This document shows, piece by piece, positions 46,080 through 53,129 of a stretch of 53,129 bases of DNA. The translations under genes were made by a program, and so were the position numbers. This DNA is from a virus (lineage: Duplodnaviria > Caudoviricetes). Numbering within the stretch: position 1 is the stretch's first letter; the number at the start of each line of letters is the position of its first letter. Below the pieces are notes generated by a model. The model saw nothing but the letters and a program-made list of their open reading frames with translations. It made no database searches and was not told where the DNA came from. Where the stretch lies: the IMG/VR virus record IMGVR_UViG_3300013829_000009, positions 1 through 53,129 of that record; one strand, 5' to 3'.

Positions 46080-47384
46080 ATGGAAAAGCAGATTATTGAC
46101 ATTACGCCAACCCGCACAGCCTTTACCGTTAAGAAGCGTGTGGCGGCTTATGCAAGAGTGTCCTGCGACAAGGACACTATGCTCCACTCTCTGGCTGCGC
46201 AGATTGACTATTACCGCAAATATATCATCCGTAATCCCGAATGGGAATTTGTCGGAGTGTATGCAGATGAGGCGAAAACGGGAACGAAGGAAGACAGAGA
46301 GCAGTTTCAGAAGCTACTCTCTGATTGCCGTTCGGGACTTATCGATATGGTGGTCACGAAGTCAATTTCCCGCTTTGCGAGAAATACGGTCACACTGCTC
46401 GGCACGGTGCGGGAACTCAAGGAACTCGGCATCAACATCTTTTTTGAAGAACAGAATATCAATTCAGTCAGCGAAGAGGGAGAATTGATGCTCACCCTTT
46501 TGGCATCCCAGGCGCAGGAAGAAAGCCTCTCATGCAGTGAAAACTGCAAGTGGAAGATTCGCAAGGGCTTTGAGCGCGGTCAGCCCAACACCTGCACCAT
46601 GCTCGGTTACCGTCTCGTAAACGGCGAAATAACGCTTGTGCCGGACGAAGCGGAAATCGTAAAGGAAATCTATGACCTTTACCTTTCCGGCTTCGGCGTT
46701 CAGAAGATTGCCAATACACTGAACGAGCGGGGTGTCCGCACTGAAAAGATACCATACTGGCATCCCGATACCATCCGAAACATTCTGCGAAACGAGAAGT
46801 ATATGGGCGATTTGCTCCTGCAAAAATCCCTAAGCGAAAGCCACCTCACAAAACGCCAAGTCAAAAATGAAGGACAGCTTCAGCAATTTTATATTACCGA
46901 TGACCATGAACCGATAGTGTCCAGAGCTGTTTTCTCCGAAGCGCAGTGCGAGGTTCAGCGCCGTGCCGAGAAGCATAAATACGGTAATGGCGCAAAGAGC
47001 ATCTTCACGGGAAAAATCCGATGCGGTATCTGCGGTAAGAACTACAGACGCAAGACTACGCCCTACAACACGGTCTGGTGCTGTTCCACCTTTAATACCC
47101 GTGGGAAAGCATATTGCTCCTCCAAGGTCATCCCGGAAAACACCCTCAAGGATTGTATTTCGGACGCTCTTGGTAGTAAGTACTTTGCAGAAGATTTCTT
47201 TACGGAAACGGTGGACTTCATCGTTGCAGAACCTTGTAATACTATGCGGTTGATTTTCAAGGACGGCACGGAAAAGAGAATTACATGGCAAGACCGCTCA
47301 CGCTCCGAAAGCTGGACAGACGAGATGCGTGAGGCGGCGAGACAAAAACAGCTTGAAAGGAACGGTGCAAAAAATGAGCAATAA
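46080..47384 (+). CDS. Large serine recombinase 1
   Basis: AAYARVS; TKSISRFARN; ILRNEKYMG; CGICG zinc ribbon. Confidence 0.93.
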   Translation: MEKQIIDITPTRTAFTVKKRVAAYARVSCDKDTMLHSLAAQIDYYRKYIIRNPEWEFVGVYADEAKTGTKEDREQFQKLLSDCRSGLIDMVVTKSISRFARNTVTLLGTVRELKELGINIFFEEQNINSVSEEGELMLTLLASQAQEESLSCSENCKWKIRKGFERGQPNTCTMLGYRLVNGEITLVPDEAEIVKEIYDLYLSGFGVQKIANTLNERGVRTEKIPYWHPDTIRNILRNEKYMGDLLLQKSLSESHLTKRQVKNEGQLQQFYITDDHEPIVSRAVFSEAQCEVQRRAEKHKYGNGAKSIFTGKIRCGICGKNYRRKTTPYNTVWCCSTFNTRGKAYCSSKVIPENTLKDCISDALGSKYFAEDFFTETVDFIVAEPCNTMRLIFKDGTEKRITWQDRSRSESWTDEMREAARQKQLERNGAKNEQ

Positions 47385-49023
47385 GAATGTCACGGTCATA
47401 CCCGCTAAACCGACAGGGTTCATGCAAGGACTGCCAGGTTTGCTAAAAAAGCGAAGGGTGGCGGGATACGCTCGTGTTTCCACGGACAAAGATGAACAGC
47501 AGAACAGCTACGAAGCGCAGGTGGAATATTACACCGACTATATTAAGCGAAACCCAGAATGGGAGTTCGTGGAGGTGTATACCGATGAAGGTATTAGCGG
47601 CACCAGCACCAAGCACCGCGAGGGCTTTAAGCGTATGATTACCGACGCTCTGGACGGTAAAATCGACCTCATCCTCACAAAATCGGTCAGCCGTTTCGCC
47701 AGAAATACGGTCGACAGCCTAACCACCATACGACAGCTAAAGGACAAAGGCACGGAGGTATATTTCGAGAAGGAGAACATTTTTACGATGGATTCCAAGG
47801 GAGAGCTGCTCCTCACCATCATGTCGAGCCTCGCGCAGGAAGAGTCCCGATCTATTTCAAAGAACATCACCTGGGGCAAACGCAAGAGTATGGCAGACGG
47901 CAAGGTGTCCTTCGCCTACAGTTCCTTTCTCGGTTACGATATGGGTGCTGACGGTCATTTATATATAGTAGAAGACCAAGCGAAAATCGTCCACAGAATC
48001 TACGATGAGTTTCTTGCCGGAAAAACCACCTATGACATCGCCGTAAGGCTCACCGAAGACGGTATTCCGACTCCGATGAACAAGGTAAAGTGGCAGGCCT
48101 CCACGGTAAGAAACATACTGCAAAATGTTAAATATCGCGGGGATTCCATTTTGCAGCAATATTTTGTGGAGGATTTTTTAACTAAAAAAATCAAGAAAAA
48201 CACGGGTGAATTGCCCCTTTACTATGTTTCACAAAACCATCCGCCAATCATCCCGCCAGAGAAATTCGAGATGGTGCAGGAGGAGTTCCGCAGACGTAAG
48301 GAAGGTGGTCCGTACACCTGTATTTCGCCCTTTTCCGGCAGAATCGTATGTGGGAACTGTGGAGGTTTCTACGGCAGAAAGGTATGGCACAGCGGCAGCT
48401 CTTACCAGTCTTTCGTCTGGCACTGCAACAATAAATTTACCAAGCGGAAATACTGCTCTACGCCGTCCGTAAAGGAAGACGCCATCATGAAATGCTTTGT
48501 GGATGCTTTCAACAGTCTAATTGCGAAAAAGGATGAGATTGCCCGGAACTACGAGGAGTGCCTTGCCGCCATAACCGATGATGAGGAATATAAACGCAGG
48601 CTTGCCGAAGTCGAGGAACTCTGTGCGGGGCTTGCGGCAAGGATGCACGACAACCTTACCAGGGAGAGCCGCATGATGGATGACTGCAGCGAGGACAGCC
48701 CGCTCAAAAAAGAGCGTGATGAAATAACCGCCGAGTATGAAGCTTTGCAGAAGGAACAGCAGGAGTTGAACTCCAAGATTGCCCTCTGCGCCGCTAAGAA
48801 GGTGCAGGTACGCGGTTTCCTCCAGCTTTTGAAAAAGCAGAAAAAAGCACTGTCGGAGTTCGACCCGCTCGTATGGCAGGCTGCGGTTCACTACATGGTT
48901 ATCAACGAGGACTGCACAGTGAAATTTGTATTCCGTGACGGCACCGAACTGCCCTGGGTGATAGACCCCGGCGTCAAGTCCTATAAAAAAAGAAAGCCGG
49001 TTAAATCATGCCCACAAGAATAA
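47374..49023 (+). CDS. Large serine recombinase 2
   Basis: AGYARVST; TKSVSRFARN; CGNCG; coiled coil. Confidence 0.93.
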   Translation: MSNKNVTVIPAKPTGFMQGLPGLLKKRRVAGYARVSTDKDEQQNSYEAQVEYYTDYIKRNPEWEFVEVYTDEGISGTSTKHREGFKRMITDALDGKIDLILTKSVSRFARNTVDSLTTIRQLKDKGTEVYFEKENIFTMDSKGELLLTIMSSLAQEESRSISKNITWGKRKSMADGKVSFAYSSFLGYDMGADGHLYIVEDQAKIVHRIYDEFLAGKTTYDIAVRLTEDGIPTPMNKVKWQASTVRNILQNVKYRGDSILQQYFVEDFLTKKIKKNTGELPLYYVSQNHPPIIPPEKFEMVQEEFRRRKEGGPYTCISPFSGRIVCGNCGGFYGRKVWHSGSSYQSFVWHCNNKFTKRKYCSTPSVKEDAIMKCFVDAFNSLIAKKDEIARNYEECLAAITDDEEYKRRLAEVEELCAGLAARMHDNLTRESRMMDDCSEDSPLKKERDEITAEYEALQKEQQELNSKIALCAAKKVQVRGFLQLLKKQKKALSEFDPLVWQAAVHYMVINEDCTVKFVFRDGTELPWVIDPGVKSYKKRKPVKSCPQE

Positions 49024-50369
49024 TTCTTCCTAAGTCCGAAAAGCCAGAGAAAAAGCGGATAGCAGCATACTGCCGGGTATCGTCTTCCAGCGAGGAGCAG
49101 ATCCACAGCTATGTAGCACAGGTCAAATTCTACACCGAAATGCTCTCTGCCGATAAGTCCTGCGAGTTTGTCGGCGTGTATGCCGATGAGGGCATAACCG
49201 GCACCTCGGCGAAAAAACGCCCACAGTTCATGGCAATGATTGAGGACTGCCGTGCCGGAAAAATAGATGCCATCATAACAAAGAGCGTGTCCAGATTCGG
49301 TCGCAACACCGTGGACACGCTTTCCTATACCCGTGAACTAAAAGCACTCGGGATTGATGTATATTTTGAGAAGGAAAACCTGCATTCCATCAGTCCGGAC
49401 GGAGAACTGCTGCTTACGCTTATGGCGGCGTTTGCCGAGTCTGAGTCGGTATCAATGTCTGAGAACATTTCGTGGGGATTCCGTAAAAGGTATGCCGAGG
49501 GGGACCTGCGGAGCCTTCCAATTCACAACCTCTATGGTTTAGATAGAAATGCCAAGGGCGAGATTGTTATCCAAGAGGAAGAAGCCAAGATTGTGCGCAG
49601 AATATATGATGAGTTTCTTGCGGGGCAAAACACTCAGTTCATCTCAGATATGCTCAATGCTGATGGTGTTCCCGCGCGGCATAAGGGCGCTATCTGGTAC
49701 AACAAAACAGTAATCAACATTTTGCAGAACGAGAAGTACGCTGGAGATGTACTTTTCCAGAAGACTTTCAGTCCGGGGCCGTTGTCCAAGTGTGTTAAGA
49801 ACCGTGGAGAGCTTCCTCAATATTGGTTGGAAGATGCCTTCTCCGCAATAATCGATAAAAAGCTTTGGCGGGTCACGCAATATGAGTATCGGCGTAGAGC
49901 CAAGAAAACTATGATAAACCAATGCCCTGAGCATCCTTTCATAGGCAGATTCTACTGCGGACTATGCGGCAGACCCGTCATCCAATACTCCAGCCGTGGC
50001 ACAGGCGGAATAATGAATATCTGGTGGCGTTGTGCCACAAAGATAACCCGTTACAAAAAAGCAGATGATAAAACGCACGAAGAGGTGCGTGTTTCTTTCG
50101 GTAGGCCGGAGCAAGTGTTCAAGCAGGCGTGGAATCTGATTATAAGTAAGAAGCCAATGTACATCGCAAGGGTGAAAAAGGTCGCGGAAACGGATGAGAG
50201 CGAACTGACCCGTTACCACGCATCCGAGATGCTCCGTCTAATGGACGAGATGGGTAAAATTACAGAATTCGATTATATGCTCTCTATTAAGGTTCTCGAC
50301 CGCATGGAACTGATGTCGGAGAACAAGCTGGCTGTAGTATTCCTTTCCGGGATACGCATTACAATATAA
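49008..50369 (+). CDS. Large serine recombinase 3
   Basis: AAYCRVSS; TKSVSRFGRN; ILQNEKYAG; CGLCG. Confidence 0.92.
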   Translation: MPTRIILPKSEKPEKKRIAAYCRVSSSSEEQIHSYVAQVKFYTEMLSADKSCEFVGVYADEGITGTSAKKRPQFMAMIEDCRAGKIDAIITKSVSRFGRNTVDTLSYTRELKALGIDVYFEKENLHSISPDGELLLTLMAAFAESESVSMSENISWGFRKRYAEGDLRSLPIHNLYGLDRNAKGEIVIQEEEAKIVRRIYDEFLAGQNTQFISDMLNADGVPARHKGAIWYNKTVINILQNEKYAGDVLFQKTFSPGPLSKCVKNRGELPQYWLEDAFSAIIDKKLWRVTQYEYRRRAKKTMINQCPEHPFIGRFYCGLCGRPVIQYSSRGTGGIMNIWWRCATKITRYKKADDKTHEEVRVSFGRPEQVFKQAWNLIISKKPMYIARVKKVAETDESELTRYHASEMLRLMDEMGKITEFDYMLSIKVLDRMELMSENKLAVVFLSGIRITI

Positions 50370-50431
50370 CGTCGATTACTTTGCCGTTACCCGCACATCT
50401 GCCCCACAATTGCACTTCAAAGCTGCTTTAA

Positions 50432-51625
50432 TTACAGCCCTAATAGCTTTGCCTTGGCGGCGTCAAAATCTACCTGAGAAATTACACCTTGGTCAAGCAA
50501 TCCCTTGAGTTTAGCTAGTTTTTCGTATGGATCCTCGCTTGCTTGTTGTGCTGGCGTAGACGCAGCCTGCGAGTATGGCGACTGCTGCATTGGCTGTTGC
50601 ATAACTCCCATAGCTCCTGCAGCACCTTGCATACCCATACCCATAAAGCCTAAGCCGAGGGCACCGCCATTAGGGTTACTACCTGCCGCTTGTATTCCTT
50701 CGGCAAAAGATGCTTGCAAGTTGACATTCCCTCTTGCTCCCATAAGTGCGTCAGCTTGCCTAACTTTTGACATCAATTCTTTCGTGTCAGCATCATATTC
50801 AACAGAAACAAGGACAGCTTTTACTATTTGAAGTCCTCTGTCTCGCATCCAACCATAATTCAACTCAACAGTTTGAGCAAGAGAGTTTGCAAAGCCAACA
50901 CTATCGCGCTGAATGTTAGCTATTCTGTTCTGTTTGTTTATATCATTTGTGTATGCGCTAAACGCTCCTGCCAATGAACCTACTATTTCGTTAAATAGTT
51001 GTTCTGCTGCTCCATTGTCGTAATCCGCAAAGTCAAAAAACCTCTGGCTATCAGAATAATATGTTACTGGTACAAACCCTTTCAAAAACAGTATAGGGTC
51101 TGTAATTCTCAACGTATATGTGCCATGTGCGATTGCGCCTACCTGAGTGTTCATATATGCATCGTCCCAGTAGATTTCACTCTGAGTGCCAAATTTATTG
51201 TTCGGAATTTCTTTCAGATTAACAAAGTATGCCATCTGCGCAGCCCCGGGAGTTCCTCCGAACTTGAACCTCTCCCACGATTGTTTGATTAGCGAATCAA
51301 CAAGACCGCCACCGCTGAAAAATGATTTGGAGTTCAAATCATCCGATTGCCATTGATAGCCACCAGGGTCTGAAACAAATCCGGTAACCGCCCCATTTTC
51401 CATTGTAATAAGGGCATACCCTTCCGGTATCAGTATCAGAGACCCATTAGTAATGATGTTGTCACTACCCTTGGTATTTGAGCTTCTGTCAAGGTTTGAC
51501 GTGCTTCTAACCGCAGGACATATACCCACCGTTGCCAGTGTCCTAGCAGGGACGGTAAAAAAATCTTTCCATTGATCAGCAAAAGACCCGCCAATAGCAC
51601 CAGCAAATGCTTTAATAAATCCCAT
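50432..51625 (-). CDS. SPFH (YdjI-like) protein with C-terminal SHOCT domain
   Basis: FADQWKDF; N.KGS.NIITNGS; RFKFGG; YFVNLKEI...KFGT; LAKLK.LLDQGVISQ.DFDAAKAKLLGL. Confidence 0.82.
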   Translation of the reverse strand: MGFIKAFAGAIGGSFADQWKDFFTVPARTLATVGICPAVRSTSNLDRSSNTKGSDNIITNGSLILIPEGYALITMENGAVTGFVSDPGGYQWQSDDLNSKSFFSGGGLVDSLIKQSWERFKFGGTPGAAQMAYFVNLKEIPNNKFGTQSEIYWDDAYMNTQVGAIAHGTYTLRITDPILFLKGFVPVTYYSDSQRFFDFADYDNGAAEQLFNEIVGSLAGAFSAYTNDINKQNRIANIQRDSVGFANSLAQTVELNYGWMRDRGLQIVKAVLVSVEYDADTKELMSKVRQADALMGARGNVNLQASFAEGIQAAGSNPNGGALGLGFMGMGMQGAAGAMGVMQQPMQQSPYSQAASTPAQQASEDPYEKLAKLKGLLDQGVISQVDFDAAKAKLLGL

Positions 51626-51640
51626 GATAGTTTACCTTTC

Positions 51641-52282
51641 TTACTCAATTTTGTTTTTTTCAATGATAACAGCATTCCCATTGGCCGTGACTCCAAAGAC
51701 GTAAGGCAAATAAACCGTTCGTGCGTTTTGTGCAGACCATGCTCCATTGTCAACTTCGGGATCAAGGGTTATATAATCAAAATCTACGCCAATAACTGCA
51801 TTACAACCAAGTGCATATGCTGCTTCTTTAAGCTCAGCTATGGCGGTTCTTCTAATTTTTACAAGAGACTCCATTAGGGAAGCACCAACATCTGTTGCAG
51901 TATTATTCCACCAGCTATTTTGTCCACGAGGAATTTGCACAGCATCATCGCCAGAAATGTAACCTGAATATTTCTTAATTGTATACCCATCGAAGTTAAA
52001 ACCCGATGTTACCAACATATTTGCCAAAGCTCGTTTTTTGTCATCGGCTGCTTTTTTCTCGGCGGCTGCTTTTTCAGCCGCCGCCTTATCCGCTGCCGCC
52101 TTCTTCTGAGCTTCTTCCGCTAAATGCTGTGTGAATCCGTTCACTAGAGTTTCGACATTTGAATCATCAATACTGATTCCACTAAATCCATCTTTGAATG
52201 GAACAATACTTGATTTTCTTATGTAGGCTTCAAGAGCATCCGTTTTTAAACCACTTTTCGCCGCGACATCTTTAAGTTTCAT
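51641..52282 (-). CDS. YbjQ/UPF0145 (heavy-metal-binding domain) protein with N-terminal extension
   Basis: VTSG..F.GY.I..Y.G..SG; AI.ELKE.A..LG.NAVIGVDFDY; V.ANGNAV. Confidence 0.8.
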   Translation of the reverse strand: MKLKDVAAKSGLKTDALEAYIRKSSIVPFKDGFSGISIDDSNVETLVNGFTQHLAEEAQKKAAADKAAAEKAAAEKKAADDKKRALANMLVTSGFNFDGYTIKKYSGYISGDDAVQIPRGQNSWWNNTATDVGASLMESLVKIRRTAIAELKEAAYALGCNAVIGVDFDYITLDPEVDNGAWSAQNARTVYLPYVFGVTANGNAVIIEKNKIE

Positions 52283-52308
52283 AAATGTCTCCTCCGTAAA
52301 TTATATTA

Positions 52309-52566
52309 TTATAGATATCTTAATGCCTCCGCATTGTCGGGATCAATGTCTAACGCAAGGCTTGCGTATCGTCGAGCGTTTTTAGGATCTGTTTTGCATT
52401 TTTGAAGAAGTATTGTAACGTCATCATCTAAAGCAATTGTCGATTTGACTGGTATTAAATCATCAATTTGAGTCGTATATTTTGAGCGACAGTATGTACA
52501 AATCCGGCTGCCGTTTCGCTCAAAATAGTCACTCGCTCCGCATTTGGTGCAAGAAACAATCTTCAT
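52309..52566 (-). CDS. Zinc-ribbon protein with TPR-like end
   Basis: CTKCGA...CTYC; ALDIDPDNAEA. Confidence 0.7.
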   Translation of the reverse strand: MKIVSCTKCGASDYFERNGSRICTYCRSKYTTQIDDLIPVKSTIALDDDVTILLQKCKTDPKNARRYASLALDIDPDNAEALRYL

Positions 52567-52956
52567 ACTGCGCACCCCCTCCAAACTAAGGGAACCTCGA
52601 AATATTGAAGTCCCCGACTCGTTTTTTGCAACTCAATGCTTTTTTAGCTTTCTGACAGCGTGAGCTGCATCCGACAGGCAAAAAGCGTTATTGCGGCGAC
52701 AATATGCCAATATATGGCATTATATGGCGCTATTTAGGCGCAGTTATCCCACGGCTGTCTCCTTTCTCTTTAGCTGCGAGTATCGGCAAAAGTTATATAT
52801 CAGGTTCGTAAGCCCGATATTAAAGCTTGCTCTTTGCATGCCTACAACTACCAAAAGCGGCGGGTCTAAAATACATGATTTCTTTGTTTCTTTTGGGTAT
52901 GGACTAAGGCGAATTATTCGTTTATGGTGTGTTGCGAAAGGAGATGAAAATGCACA

Positions 52957-53118
52957 ATGGAAAAAAGTAAAATCTTTGAAATGGCAATCCGTGAACTGAC
53001 GGAAACAGCAATCAACAAACGCAAAGAAACACTGGAGGACAATGAGCTGCAGCTTTATACCGAGGTAATGTTGCTTCTTTTAAGTTATCCACTTTCTCAT
53101 TCCTCCTTGGCTACATGA
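52957..53118 (+). pseudogene. Short, probably truncated ORF (MEKSKIFEMAIRELTE...)
   Basis: AAGGAG upstream; helical N-terminus runs into unrelated sequence near 53067. Confidence 0.35.
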
Positions 53119-53129
53119 ATTTCATGCCA

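Larger units (their letters stand above)
71..53070. mobile_element. Prophage / phage-like genomic island next to ssrA (siphovirus, triple serine recombinase type); boundaries approximate
   Basis: Full ordered replication, packaging, head, tail, lysis and recombinase modules with accessory arms; no att duplication identified. Confidence 0.8.

Noticed and set aside
52566-52590. attR copy of the ssrA end (CACCCCCTCCA)
   Set aside because: Short imperfect match better explained as the minus-strand RBS of the Zn-ribbon gene

Overview
The window starts at the 3' end of a tmRNA (ssrA) gene. It then holds what looks like a complete ~52 kb temperate siphophage or phage-like island of Firmicutes (Clostridia-like) type, resembling the phi-m46.1 group (DUF2800/DUF2815/PolA/VirE/SNF2 replication genes, MetK plus two methylases, HK97-type head, non-contractile tail, holin/amidase, three large serine recombinases). 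The left arm (0.4-7.8 kb) is a defence cassette: an HTH gene and an M.HaeIII-like C5 methylase face a convergent operon of two unknown genes, a Xis-like HTH, an RloC-like ABC-ATPase/HEPN nuclease, a nuclease-like gene and a putative type II REase. The right arm (50.4-52.6 kb) carries an SPFH/YbjQ/Zn-ribbon cargo operon. Main observations: (1) the two head genes of the defence operon share a RHIM/BASS-like motif (FxQxGNNxTQIG), at the C-terminus of one and the N-terminus of the next, the layout of amyloid signalling pairs; (2) a 37-bp bipartite element occurs three times with fixed spacing and covarying, mutually exclusive hairpins; (3) the SNF2 helicase is split inside Walker A by a 5-nt UGA-containing insert (bypass candidate or lesion); (4) a second ORF is nested out of frame in the large C5 methylase; (5) a Phd-wHTH moron with its own operator lies in the tail operon. 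All family assignments come from recognising motifs by eye; no database search was run.
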